Shown: positions 47,420-57,281 of the stretch, piece after piece
Numbering within the stretch: position 1 is the stretch's first letter
Layout of the letters: every line of letters starts with the position of its first letter
NCBI GenBank assembly: GCA_029261855.1
Contig: JAJDAN010000034.1
Location: forward strand, 53,953-117,952
Direction: 5' to 3'
DNA: 64,000 nucleotides
DNA from: Deltaproteobacteria bacterium
GTDB taxonomy: Bacteria > Myxococcota_A > UBA9160 > UBA4427
The notes under the pieces: model-generated
The model's database searches: none
What the model was told of the DNA's origin: nothing
What the model saw: the letters and a program-made list of their open reading frames with translations, nothing else
Made by a program: the position numbers and the translations under genes

Positions 47420-48493
47420 TCAGTCCGCTTCGAAGCGCGCCGCGAGGTCCGCGCGAAGCGCCTCGAGGACCGACTCGGGCACATCCAGGGCGGCGGTGAT
47501 CTGCGGCGGTCCGGGCCAGGCCGTGTCCGGGAAGCTCGTCCCCTGATAGGTCCGCTCGCTCTCGTAGCGAGGAAGTACGTGGAAGTGCACGTCGGGGTCG
47601 ACCATCATCAGCATCAAGTAGTTGATCTTGTCGTTCTGAAAGGCCTCGCCGATCACCGTCTCGATACGAGCCGTCACCCGGTGGAGCTCGGCCGAGGCAG
47701 CCGGGCCGATCTCGCCGAAGCGCGACGCGTTCTCCTTGCACACGAGCACGAGGCTGCCGAGAGTGACCTGGGCCGGACGCAGCAGCACCAGCCAGTGGTC
47801 GTACTCGGCGAGCAGGCTGCTCGGGTAGCCGAACTTCTTCGCGGTGACGTTCATCCGGTCTGCGATCCTCCTGACCGGAAGCTTATCACCCGCCAGCCCG
47901 AGCTGGCTCAAGCGATCTTCGTGGGTCGGCCATCGGGCCAGGCGCGCAGATCGCCATCGCTGCACGATCTTGCGCACCTGACGCTCGAGCCAGGGCGCGC
48001 GGCGCTCGTCGACGAGCTTGCCCGACCGGTGGACCTGGACATGTTCGCCTTCGATCCGGTGCTCGTCGCCGCCGGGATACAGCACGCGGTAGGCGCGGTC
48101 TGCGTCGAGTACGTCCTCGACGTCCCGGATCTCGACAGGCATGCTCTTGCGCGCGGTCGCGACGATCTCACGAAGTCGGGACGACCGATCCAGGGCGTCG
48201 ACCGTCGCCTGTCGAACGACGAGATGGATCTCAGGCGTGCGGGGAACGAGGTCGAGCACGGCACCCAGCCGATCCGGCCGGTCGCCGTCCTCGAAGGCGC
48301 CGCCGAGCCACGCGCAGCGATACGCCCGACATATCCCGGGCCGGGACGCGTGCACCGCACAGCCTCCCTCGGACTGCTGATGGAGACAGGGGCGCCCCCC
48401 CAACTTCGCGAGCGCGTCCACCCGCAGGACCGTGCAACACAGGGAACACGCGCCGCAGGACCGCGCAGGCTCGCCGACCGACCCGCCGCTCAC
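47420..48493 (-). CDS. CxxCxxCC (YkgJ-like) domain in frame with a HIT family hydrolase
   Basis: GTG overlaps the upstream stop; CGACSLCC..C..C..RPGICRAYRCAW. No stop before the HIT domain (from ATG 47854) with HVHFHVLPR. Confidence 0.75.
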   Translation of the reverse strand: MSGGSVGEPARSCGACSLCCTVLRVDALAKLGGRPCLHQQSEGGCAVHASRPGICRAYRCAWLGGAFEDGDRPDRLGAVLDLVPRTPEIHLVVRQATVDALDRSSRLREIVATARKSMPVEIRDVEDVLDADRAYRVLYPGGDEHRIEGEHVQVHRSGKLVDERRAPWLERQVRKIVQRWRSARLARWPTHEDRLSQLGLAGDKLPVRRIADRMNVTAKKFGYPSSLLAEYDHWLVLLRPAQVTLGSLVLVCKENASRFGEIGPAASAELHRVTARIETVIGEAFQNDKINYLMLMMVDPDVHFHVLPRYESERTYQGTSFPDTAWPGPPQITAALDVPESVLEALRADLAARFEAD

Positions 48494-50466
48494 TCGCTGC
48501 GAAGACCTTCGACCGGGTCGAAGCGGGCTCCCTGACGCGCCGGAACGAGGGTGGCGCCCAGCGACAGCACCATCGCCATCGCGACGATTCCGATCAGCTG
48601 CACCGGATCGTGGTCCGCGGGCAGGGTCGACAACTGGTAGATGCTCGCGGGCAGCGTATCGATGCCCGTCACGGCCTCGATGCTGGTTTGGATCCACTCC
48701 AGGCGCGCGGTGACCGCGAGCGCGGCCAGCACCCCGAGCGTGGTTCCGGACATGCCGATCAAGGCGCCCTCGATGGCGAAGATGCGTTCGATGGTCGCGT
48801 CTTCGGCGCCCATCGCCTTGAGGATCGCGATGTCCGACGACTTCTCCATGATCATCATCATCAAGGTCGCGACGATCATGAAGGCGGCCACGACCATGAT
48901 CATGCCCAGCAGCAGGATCATCATCGAACGGTTGTCGCGCAGCGCCGCGAAGAAGACCGGGAAGTGGTCCTTCCAGTCTCGCGTGTAGTACGGCGAATCG
49001 AGCTTCGAGCGGACTTCGTCCGCGACACGCCGCGACGTGTAGAGGTCCCCCGTGCGGGCCTCGATGCCGTCGATGGCGCCCTCCGCGCGCACGAAGTCCT
49101 GGGCATCGGCCAGGTTGACGTAGGTGTACACCTCGCCGAACTGATGCAGGCGCGACTGGTAGATCCCCGCCACGCGGAACTTCTTGAGGCGCGGTGCGGG
49201 ACCGAGGGGGGTCGGTGGCCCCCCCAGTGGGGAGATCAGGATCAGGTCCGTTCCCAGCTCGGCACCGAGCTTGTCCGCCAGCGGGCCTCCGATGATGATG
49301 GCGGGCACGCGACGTTCGCCGGAGGCCGGCGGGGTCGCGAGGAACGCAAGCGATCCGTTCTCGATGCGGCTGCTGATGTCCGTCACCGAATCTGCCGTCG
49401 CAGGGTCCACGCCGCGCAGACGCACGCCGAAGAGCTTGCCGGACTCGCTGCGAACCATGCCCTCGGCGTCGAGGAACGGCGAGGCTGCCTGCACGTCCGG
49501 TACGGCGCGCACCATCTCGAGGACCGGCTCGTATTCGAACATGCGACCGAGCCCGCTGTGCACCGTGAAGTGGGCAAGGTCTCCGACGATCTGTTCGCGC
49601 CAGGCGCGCTCGAAGCCGTTCATCACCGACAGCACCGTGACGATCAACCACACCCCGGCGGCGATGCCCCCGATGCAGAGCAGGGTCACGGCCGAGATGT
49701 AGACCTGACGGCGCTGGGCCACCAGATAGCGAATGGCGATGAACCACTCGGCGGAGCGGTGCATCTCCACCAGTCCGGCGGCCGCCAGGGGCAGCAGTCC
49801 CAGGACGACGAGCATCGCCATGCCCTGGAGCGCGGCGGTGCCGGCGACACTGACCCGGAAGTCGGGCTCCGGAAGCAGCGCGGCGAGCAGCGGTCCCACG
49901 GCCAGCACCGCCGCCAACAGCACCAACTGCGACTGGGCGAGACTGCGACCGCCTCCCGCTTGCGTGCGACGACGCAGCCGGCGTCTGACCCAGATCGCAA
50001 GCGCAATGAGGCCGACACCCAGCGGAGGCATCGACGCGGCGACCACCGCACCCGTCCCGCCCACGATGCAGGCGGCCCCCAGGCCCATGATGACCAGCGA
50101 CACGGTGCCGAGCCGCGTGGACGAGAGCCACCGCAACGCCAGCCAGCAGACACCGATGCAAAGAGCGGTCGCCGCCGCAATGCCACCCACGAGCTGCAAG
50201 GCGCCCAACGCATCGATCGAGACGTCGTAGTCGCCACGCGCATCCAGTTGCAGGGTGCTCGTCACGGCGACCACGGCGGCGGCAAACAAGACGACCCAAC
50301 GGGCACGCGGAGCCGTGCGCGCGAAGCGCTCGAGCACGACCACCGCCGAGCTGACGTAGAAGATCGCGAGCGCACCCAGGGCCAGCGCGATCGCCACGAT
50401 CACCGTCAAGGTGAGGGTGGTCCCGACTCCCAGCACTGCGTCCCAGATGACTTGACCGATCTCCAC
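48490..50466 (-). CDS. LolC/LolE-type lipoprotein-releasing permease with N-terminal multi-TM extension
   Basis: EWFIAIRYL..VLSVMNGF, EKSSDIAILKAMGA, IYQLSTLP and PARQGARFDPVEGLR; preceded by ~245 aa of extra TMs. Confidence 0.85.
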   Translation of the reverse strand: MEIGQVIWDAVLGVGTTLTLTVIVAIALALGALAIFYVSSAVVVLERFARTAPRARWVVLFAAAVVAVTSTLQLDARGDYDVSIDALGALQLVGGIAAATALCIGVCWLALRWLSSTRLGTVSLVIMGLGAACIVGGTGAVVAASMPPLGVGLIALAIWVRRRLRRRTQAGGGRSLAQSQLVLLAAVLAVGPLLAALLPEPDFRVSVAGTAALQGMAMLVVLGLLPLAAAGLVEMHRSAEWFIAIRYLVAQRRQVYISAVTLLCIGGIAAGVWLIVTVLSVMNGFERAWREQIVGDLAHFTVHSGLGRMFEYEPVLEMVRAVPDVQAASPFLDAEGMVRSESGKLFGVRLRGVDPATADSVTDISSRIENGSLAFLATPPASGERRVPAIIIGGPLADKLGAELGTDLILISPLGGPPTPLGPAPRLKKFRVAGIYQSRLHQFGEVYTYVNLADAQDFVRAEGAIDGIEARTGDLYTSRRVADEVRSKLDSPYYTRDWKDHFPVFFAALRDNRSMMILLLGMIMVVAAFMIVATLMMMIMEKSSDIAILKAMGAEDATIERIFAIEGALIGMSGTTLGVLAALAVTARLEWIQTSIEAVTGIDTLPASIYQLSTLPADHDPVQLIGIVAMAMVLSLGATLVPARQGARFDPVEGLRSE

Positions 50467-50485
50467 GGGCGACTCGTTTCCTCGA

Positions 50486-52804
50486 CTAGCGGGTGTTTCG
50501 GGGGTTCGTTCTTCGGGGCGGCCTGCCGAAACCCAGGAACAGACCCACCGCGGCCAGCAGGATCGCCGACGCCAGCGATACGACGGCTCCCCGCCGCAGG
50601 CTCGAGGGAGCGTACTCGAAGACGACGCGATGCCGACCCGGCGGCAAGCGCACCCCCCGGTGCAGCCCATTGGCCCGCAGGATTCTCGCCGGCTCGCCAT
50701 CGACGAACGCGCGCCAGCCGGGATAGTAGCTGTCCGTCAGCACCAGCAGCCCATCGCCATCGCCTTCCGACTCGACCACCACCCGCTCGGCCTCGTAGGA
50801 GACGATCTGCGCGGGTTCGAGCGGGCCAGCAACCGACGCAAAGCCGGGATCTTCGTCGAGCAGGGCGGCGACACGGAAGTCGAAGTCACCGTCCCGGATG
50901 TGCCGAAAGGCGCGTTCGGGGTCGGCCAGCTGCCAGCCGCGTACCCGGTACGCTCGCGGGAGTGCATCGTCGTTGTGAACCACGACCGGCTTCGGGCCTT
51001 CGGCCTTCAGGATCCGCCTCACACCACTGAGATCCCAGAACGTCTCGTGGTCGTCGGGGTCCAGCGCGAAGAGTGTCGCGCCCCTGCCGTCGCGACCCGA
51101 GAGCACCTTCTCGAGACGCGGCCAGACGCCGGGCACCAGCGGCTCGTAGCAGGCAACCCGGTAGCCGCCGTTCGCGGGGGCGGTCGCCATGGTCGGCCGC
51201 AGCTTGTAGAGCTCGAGGCGCGCCGGCCCCAGCTCGTCGCGTTGCCCCTCGAAGAAGCCGTCGCGTAGCTGCACGCGACCGCCGGGGCTCGCGTAGTGAT
51301 TCGAGAGCTCGACGGGGATCGCGCGCAGCGAGCCGTACTCACCCGTCGCCAGCGCGACGTCGACGAGCACCAGCGCGAACAGTGCGATCTCGGCGGCGCC
51401 TCGTACGACGGTCCGGGTCGGCGCGGCACGCAGCAGGGCGGCCACCAACCCCGCCGCGACAACCAGGCGCCAGCTGTCGGCGACGTGGCCCACGACCAGC
51501 AGGACGGCGAAGAGCCCCCCGGTCACGGCGGCGAGAGCGACCCACTCTCCGGTTCGCGCGCCGGTTCGCGCGCCGGTTTGCGCTCCGGCCCGCCTCACCG
51601 CGTCGAAGCCGCCGACCGCCAGCCCGATCACGCACAGGAAGAAGACCACCCGCAGCCGCTCGGGGGTGCGGAAGCTCCCGACGACGGGAAGCTCGGCAAA
51701 TACGCGATAGAGGGGGGCGCCGATGCCCAGCAGGCCGCCAGACAGCAACAGGGTCACCACCGCAAACCCGACGAGCAGCCACGTGCGCGGCGACCGGCGG
51801 CCGAGCACGACGGCCAGACCCGCGAGCAGCAGGGTCGCCATGCCCAGGTAGCCGCCGGCGTTGCCGATGTGCAGCGTGATCAGCGACGGAGACGGATCGA
51901 AGGCGTTCCGCAACAGCGCCGCCGTGCCGTAGGGCGAGAGGATCGTCAGGTAGTGGACCTGCGCCGCCGTCATCTCGTCGGCGCGCATGCCCAGGGAAAC
52001 CAGCTCGAGGGTGGGAAGCAGCTGCACCGCCGCGAGCCCACCTCCCACGAGGACCGCTGCCACGCAGACTCCCGCACGAACGACGACCTGCGACGCGGGC
52101 GTGCCCGCCCGCAGGCGTTCGACCGCCGTCGCCGACCCGAAGCACGCGACAGCGAGATAGCCGTAGACCGCGTACTGGGGAAAGCCCGCGAAGATCTGGA
52201 GCGCCGCGCCGATGGCGAGCCCGCACCACCAGCGCGCCGGGGGTCTCGCGTCCGGCGGGGCCGAGACCAGCTTGACCACACACAGGGTGAGCCACGGAAC
52301 GAACAGCAGCGTCGAAACCGCGGGCGGCCACAGGACCTGCCCCATCACGCACGCGAAGACGTAGAGAAGCCCACCAATCGCCGCGGCGACGGCGCTGCTG
52401 CCCTGGGCGCGGAACATCCAGGTCGCGAGCCAGCCGGCGCCGACGCATTCCAGCGCCATCAAGGTCGAGATCGCGAGATGCGCGGGCAGGACCAGCGCGA
52501 GCCAGTTGCCCGGATAGAAGGCACCCACCTGCAACGTGGCGAGCAGCGGCACGCCACTGCACACGTGCGGGTTCCACAGGGGCAGCTCGAGGCCGCGCAT
52601 CCGCGTCGCCGCCAACTCGGTCATCGGCAGGTAGTAGGCGATCAGATCGCCGAGGTAGACCATCTTCCACGCGTCCGCGCCCAGCTCGCCGGGCGGCGCG
52701 TTGAAGCGCAGGAAGAGCACGGACACCGCGAATGCGACGAGGGCGCCGATCGCAACCGTTGCCAGGATGACGCGCGCGTCGCGCGGGCTTGCGTGCCGGG
52801 TCAC
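50486..52804 (-). CDS. YfhO family membrane protein (GT-C)
   Basis: PLWNPHVCSGVP..FYP, AVQLLPTLE and LVLTDSYYPGWRAFVDG..HRVVFEYAP. Confidence 0.85.
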   Translation of the reverse strand: MTRHASPRDARVILATVAIGALVAFAVSVLFLRFNAPPGELGADAWKMVYLGDLIAYYLPMTELAATRMRGLELPLWNPHVCSGVPLLATLQVGAFYPGNWLALVLPAHLAISTLMALECVGAGWLATWMFRAQGSSAVAAAIGGLLYVFACVMGQVLWPPAVSTLLFVPWLTLCVVKLVSAPPDARPPARWWCGLAIGAALQIFAGFPQYAVYGYLAVACFGSATAVERLRAGTPASQVVVRAGVCVAAVLVGGGLAAVQLLPTLELVSLGMRADEMTAAQVHYLTILSPYGTAALLRNAFDPSPSLITLHIGNAGGYLGMATLLLAGLAVVLGRRSPRTWLLVGFAVVTLLLSGGLLGIGAPLYRVFAELPVVGSFRTPERLRVVFFLCVIGLAVGGFDAVRRAGAQTGARTGARTGEWVALAAVTGGLFAVLLVVGHVADSWRLVVAAGLVAALLRAAPTRTVVRGAAEIALFALVLVDVALATGEYGSLRAIPVELSNHYASPGGRVQLRDGFFEGQRDELGPARLELYKLRPTMATAPANGGYRVACYEPLVPGVWPRLEKVLSGRDGRGATLFALDPDDHETFWDLSGVRRILKAEGPKPVVVHNDDALPRAYRVRGWQLADPERAFRHIRDGDFDFRVAALLDEDPGFASVAGPLEPAQIVSYEAERVVVESEGDGDGLLVLTDSYYPGWRAFVDGEPARILRANGLHRGVRLPPGRHRVVFEYAPSSLRRGAVVSLASAILLAAVGLFLGFGRPPRRTNPRNTR

Positions 52805-52811
52805 GCGCGCA

Positions 52812-54539
52812 TCACTCGCGCCGGGAGACCTCGAGCGGCACGCTGCGCTCGCTTCCGTCTCCGGAAACAGCGCGAAGCTCGAGTCGTCCCGCACCCGCGA
52901 GCCGCGCAGCGTCGACGAGCCGCGCAGCGTCAAAATGGGCGTGGACGAAGTAGTCGCCCCAGCGCTCGCTCTCGAGCGGCTCGCCGTCGAGCCACAGCGC
53001 CAGGCTCTTGTACGGATGATCGATGTCGACCCCGACCGCCACGATCTCTACCCGTCCGTGCAGCGCGTCCGGTGCCGACGCATGGGTGCTCGCGGGGTGG
53101 ATCGACGCGTCCCCGCGAGGGTCGACGAAGCCGAGCAGCGGCTCACCCGTGTCCTTCCAGGCCGAGTACAACGAACCGTCGTGGGCGTACAGCACGCGAT
53201 AGCCCCGGGAATCGATGCTGAGGGGAAGCGACCAGCGGAAGCCCGAGAGCGCCCCCGTGGTGATGTGGGTGACGCCCCCGCCCGACGGCGCGTCCCGGAA
53301 GCCGTTGCGATGGATGTGCCCCGACAGCTCGTAGGCGACACCGTGCTTCGCGAACAAGCCCGCGTCGTCGGCCGGCGTGGGCTCGTCGAATTGCCAGGCG
53401 GGGTCATAGAAGAACGGCTCGTGGTTCAGGACCACGAGGCGACGACCTGCGGCTCGCGCCTGTGCGAGATCGGCGTCGAGCCAGTGCTGGACTTCGTCGC
53501 TCATCTCGTAGAAGGTCCACTCCTCCGAGGCGGCGGGATCGGTCACGTCGAACAGCGGCTTGTGGGTGTCGACGGCGACGAAGTGGAACGGCCCGCGGTC
53601 GAAGCTGTAGTGGGTGGGTCCGAAGGACCGCCGGTACATCGCCTTGCCGTAGCGGGGGTCACTGGGTGGGAAGTCGTCGTTGCCGGTCCCGGCGAGCTCG
53701 TTGTTCCCGATCGTCTCGTGGATCTCGAGGCCGGACGCGGCCACCACCTGCTGGTAGTAGTCGTACCAGCGCTCGATGGCTTCCGGCTCGCCGTCGTTTC
53801 CTTCGAGCACCATGTCGCCCGTGTTGATCACGAGCGCCGGAGACAGTGCCGCGATCTCGTCGAACGAACGGCGGATCGCTTCGGCCGGCGCGACGATCCC
53901 GGTGGCAGGATCGAGCGCAAGCTCCACGTAGTCGATCATCACCGTCTCGTCCCAGGCGTCGGTCACGTCCCGATGCCGGGAGACGACTGCGCGCAGGCCG
54001 GCGACGATCTCTTCGCGTTCGAGCTGGGGATAGGCGCGATCGAGCCCCCGCAGCAGGAACCAGCCGGCGACGACGCGGGGCACGTACCACGGCAGACTGC
54101 CCCCAGGCAGCAGGCCGGCCATGTCCTCGACGCGCTCGTAGACGTGCGCGTCGCTCAGATGCACGAAGAAGAAGTCGTCCGCGTCAGCCGCCGCGACGAG
54201 CCCGAAATCCCTGTCCGAGACCCTGTCGGAAGCCCCGTCTTCGTCCACGCGGGAAAACCACACGGGGCACTTGGCGTCCGCGGGACAGGTGAGGGTGACG
54301 AAGCCCTCCGCCCGAGCCGGAAGCACGTAGCGTCCGTCCGGGCCCGTCCGCACGACGTCCCGGCCATTCGAAACGGCGACACCGGACCGACCGGCTTCGC
54401 CGGGATCGCGCACACCGTCCGCGTCCGCGTCCTCGAACACCCGGCCCTGCCAGTCGGCGGGCTCGGCAAGGCAGGCGCCGAACGGCGCGAAGACGAACCC
54501 GAGCGACAGCAGAACGGCGGCGGATACGCGTCGGAACAT
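52812..54539 (-). CDS. Secreted calcineurin-like metallophosphoesterase with N-terminal SdrD-B-like domain
   Basis: Signal peptide; GRVFEDADADGVRDPGE..VSNG; SDAH, TGD, GNNE, NHEP and SGHIH motifs. Confidence 0.85.
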   Translation of the reverse strand: MFRRVSAAVLLSLGFVFAPFGACLAEPADWQGRVFEDADADGVRDPGEAGRSGVAVSNGRDVVRTGPDGRYVLPARAEGFVTLTCPADAKCPVWFSRVDEDGASDRVSDRDFGLVAAADADDFFFVHLSDAHVYERVEDMAGLLPGGSLPWYVPRVVAGWFLLRGLDRAYPQLEREEIVAGLRAVVSRHRDVTDAWDETVMIDYVELALDPATGIVAPAEAIRRSFDEIAALSPALVINTGDMVLEGNDGEPEAIERWYDYYQQVVAASGLEIHETIGNNELAGTGNDDFPPSDPRYGKAMYRRSFGPTHYSFDRGPFHFVAVDTHKPLFDVTDPAASEEWTFYEMSDEVQHWLDADLAQARAAGRRLVVLNHEPFFYDPAWQFDEPTPADDAGLFAKHGVAYELSGHIHRNGFRDAPSGGGVTHITTGALSGFRWSLPLSIDSRGYRVLYAHDGSLYSAWKDTGEPLLGFVDPRGDASIHPASTHASAPDALHGRVEIVAVGVDIDHPYKSLALWLDGEPLESERWGDYFVHAHFDAARLVDAARLAGAGRLELRAVSGDGSERSVPLEVSRRE

Positions 54540-54591
54540 GCGGCCGCGAGTCTACACGACCGGGCCTGCGGTAGGCTCGCCGTCTTCGTCC

Positions 54592-55431
54592 ATGCAGATC
54601 GAAGCCATACGCGACCGGGCGCGCATCGAAGCGTTTCTTCGCCGCAACGCGGCGGCCCACGTCTACGCGCTCGCTGATCTCGACGAGCCGCACTGGCCGC
54701 AGACGCGTTGGTATGGTGCTTTTTCGTCGAACGCGGCGGGCGCGCGAGGCGCATCCGGCGAACTCGAGGCCCTGTGTCTGCTCCTGGACGGTCTCTCGAT
54801 CCCCATCCTGTACGCCGTCTGTCCCGCCCGGCACGCGCCGACGCGGGCGCTGCTCGAGGCCATCGACGCCGAGCTTCCGGACCGCTTCTTCTACAACCTC
54901 GGCCCGGGTCTCGAGCCCGCTCTTTCGCACTGGCAACTCGCGCCCGAAGGTCGCTACTGGAAGATGGTCCTGCGAGGCAGCGACGAAGCCGCCCCGCCGA
55001 TAGACGACGACGTCGCGGCGCTCGGTCCCGGTGACTACGAAGAGCTACGCGACTTCCTCGACAACGACGCCTATCGCGCGAACGAGACCGGCGGCCTCTT
55101 CTTCGAACCGGGGATGCTCGACACCGGGTGCTATCGGGGCATTCGCGCGGGCGGACGCCTCGTCGCCGTCGGCGGCGTGCACGTGCATTCCCGGCCGTTC
55201 GGTGTGGCCGGGATCGGCAACGTCGTCACGCGTCCGGACGCCCGCGGGCGGGGCCTGGCCGGGCGGGTATCCGCCGCGGTCGTCGCGGCCCTGCGCGCCG
55301 ACACTCCGACCATCGGCCTGAACGTCCACGAGGCGAACGCCCAAGCCGAACGCTGCTATCGCAGGCTGGGCTTCGAACGCGTATGCCCCTACGAAGAGGG
55401 AGTCGCGGTGCGGCGCGCGCGCGCCAGCTGA
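54592..55431 (+). CDS. GNAT family N-acetyltransferase
   Basis: IGNVVTRPDARGRGLA..LNVHEAN..YRRLGF. Confidence 0.88.
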   Translation: MQIEAIRDRARIEAFLRRNAAAHVYALADLDEPHWPQTRWYGAFSSNAAGARGASGELEALCLLLDGLSIPILYAVCPARHAPTRALLEAIDAELPDRFFYNLGPGLEPALSHWQLAPEGRYWKMVLRGSDEAAPPIDDDVAALGPGDYEELRDFLDNDAYRANETGGLFFEPGMLDTGCYRGIRAGGRLVAVGGVHVHSRPFGVAGIGNVVTRPDARGRGLAGRVSAAVVAALRADTPTIGLNVHEANAQAERCYRRLGFERVCPYEEGVAVRRARAS

Positions 55432-56558
55432 CACACCTCTACGATGCGCTCGACCATGGCGGCCGGGTTCAGCTCGGTCTCGATCAGCCGCCGCCCCGCG
55501 GCCCCCATGCGCTCGCACGCGTCGGGGTTTTCCATCAGCGCAACGATGGCGTTTCGGAAGGCCATGTGGTCGCCAGCGGCGAGGCGGAGGCCCGTCTCGC
55601 CGTCGTGCACGAGGTCGTACTCGGTGCCGTCCGCCTGGTGGACGACGATCGGCAGGGCATGCGCCATCGCTTCAGAGATCACCATGCCTCCGCGCCCGGG
55701 GACGACCAGGACATCGGCAGCGCGGTAGTAGCGCGCGACGGTTTCGGACGGCACGGCACCGACCAGGCGGACGTTCGCGAGCGGCTCACTGCGAACCCGG
55801 GCGCGCAGCGGCGCAAGCTCGGGACCCTCGCCGAGGATCACCGCCTCGACGTCCAGTCCGGCGACCGCGTCGAGCAGTACGCCGATGCGCTTGTTCGCGT
55901 CGAGCGCACCCACGGCGAGCACGCCGAAGCGATCCGGGAGACCGAGTGTTGCCCGGGCCTGCGCGCGGGTCTCTGCGAGGGACGCGGACGTCTCGAGCTG
56001 ACGGTCGGTGTCGGACACGTTGACGGCCACGACGATGGCGTCGCGGTCCCGACCGAGCGCCACGAGGGCGTTCGCGCCGTAGCTCGAGTAACACAGGAAG
56101 GCGTCGGCACGTCCATGGACCCCGCGCTTGAGGACCTGGACCAGCAGGCGCCTGGCCCTGCTCCTCGCCGCTCCGGGATTCCTCCCCGGCAGACCCCCCA
56201 GGCCCCAGTGAACGAGGGCCCGGTCCACGCGCTGATCCCGGACCCGGGACGCCGTCAGGAATCCGAGGGGGTGGCTGTCCCCCTCGCTGAGGATTACGTC
56301 CGGGTCGAAGTCGCGGAGGGCGGCCGACAGCCCGCGGTGGACCGGCAGCGAGCGGGCGCCGACCCGGAGCCACCTCGTCGGGAGCCGGACGACGTCGAGG
56401 CCGCTGAGGTCGCTGGCGTTGCGCACCTTGCTGCCCGGGAGATCGTCGCCGATGAAGAGCCGCACCCTCAGATCGGACCGCGCGGCGAGGCGACGGAAGA
56501 GCGCGACCCGGTAGGGGGTGCAGACACGCTGGAGAATCGCCAGCGACAGCGAGCTCAT
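55389..56558 (-). CDS. Glycosyltransferase family 4
   Basis: Motifs VGALDANK, LGEGPE, ADVLVVP..GMVISEAMA and VHDGETG. Confidence 0.9.
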   Translation of the reverse strand: MSSLSLAILQRVCTPYRVALFRRLAARSDLRVRLFIGDDLPGSKVRNASDLSGLDVVRLPTRWLRVGARSLPVHRGLSAALRDFDPDVILSEGDSHPLGFLTASRVRDQRVDRALVHWGLGGLPGRNPGAARSRARRLLVQVLKRGVHGRADAFLCYSSYGANALVALGRDRDAIVVAVNVSDTDRQLETSASLAETRAQARATLGLPDRFGVLAVGALDANKRIGVLLDAVAGLDVEAVILGEGPELAPLRARVRSEPLANVRLVGAVPSETVARYYRAADVLVVPGRGGMVISEAMAHALPIVVHQADGTEYDLVHDGETGLRLAAGDHMAFRNAIVALMENPDACERMGAAGRRLIETELNPAAMVERIVEVCQLARARRTATPSS

Positions 56559-56681
56559 GGGGTTCGCGCGACGGACCGAGCGAGCGCGGGCACGGCGCAA
56601 ACCTGCTGGAAAGGCGCTGGGGGTGCAAGCGGCGGCGGTCGGGTCGGGATACAGTTTGAGGCCTTCGGGGTGGGGGGCCTC

Positions 56682-57281
56682 ATGACACGCGGACTCCGGA
56701 TCCGGCGCCTCGCGGCGCTGCTTGTCTCATCGCTGCTCCTGTTCGCGCCTTCTGCGGCGCTTGCCGAGCAACCGTTCTATGGCGGTTTCGACTGGTACGC
56801 GTCGGTGTACGGCATGCTCGGCGTCCCCAACGCGGACGCCAGCGGCCAGAAGCTGGGCGGCGGGGGCACCCTGTCGGCCGGCTTCCGCTTCAATCGCTGG
56901 TTCACCGCGGAGGTGGGCGGGGAGTACGCCCACCAGTTCGACTACGACCGCGGCAGCGGGCCCGTGACGTGCAACAACGGCAGTGGCGGCTCCGACTACT
57001 ACTCGGCCTGGCAGGTCAGCACCGGCGGCCGGGTCTACCTGACCGAGTCTCTCGTCCAACCCTATCTGCTGGGCCACGTCGGCTTCATCCAGACCCGGGA
57101 CCGGGGCGGAGGCAGATCCTGCAAGGGCAACGGGCTGATGACTCGGCTCGGGGGTGGGGTCGAGGTGTTCGTGAGCAATGGCGTCGCAGTGAGTCTGCTC
57201 GGCGCCTACGTGCTCCCGGTCACGGGTGGAGCCCGCGATCACGACTACGTGAGCATCGGCCTCGGGCTCACCTGGTACTGA
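56682..57281 (+). CDS. Outer-membrane beta-barrel (porin/OmpA-barrel family)
   Basis: Signal peptide ending ALA-E; AGFRFNRWFTAEVG and QPYLLG; terminal aromatic residues. Confidence 0.8.
   Translation: MTRGLRIRRLAALLVSSLLLFAPSAALAEQPFYGGFDWYASVYGMLGVPNADASGQKLGGGGTLSAGFRFNRWFTAEVGGEYAHQFDYDRGSGPVTCNNGSGGSDYYSAWQVSTGGRVYLTESLVQPYLLGHVGFIQTRDRGGGRSCKGNGLMTRLGGGVEVFVSNGVAVSLLGAYVLPVTGGARDHDYVSIGLGLTWY

Noticed and set aside
48494-50299. N-terminal ~600 aa of the 959-aa ORF 47420-50299
   Set aside because: Off-frame overlap with the LolC/E gene; protein-like sequence starts only at the GTG at 48493.
51549-51588. 12-bp tandem repeat CCGGTTCGCGCG
   Set aside because: In-frame loop expansion inside yfhO (QTGARTGARTG); not a CRISPR or regulatory repeat.
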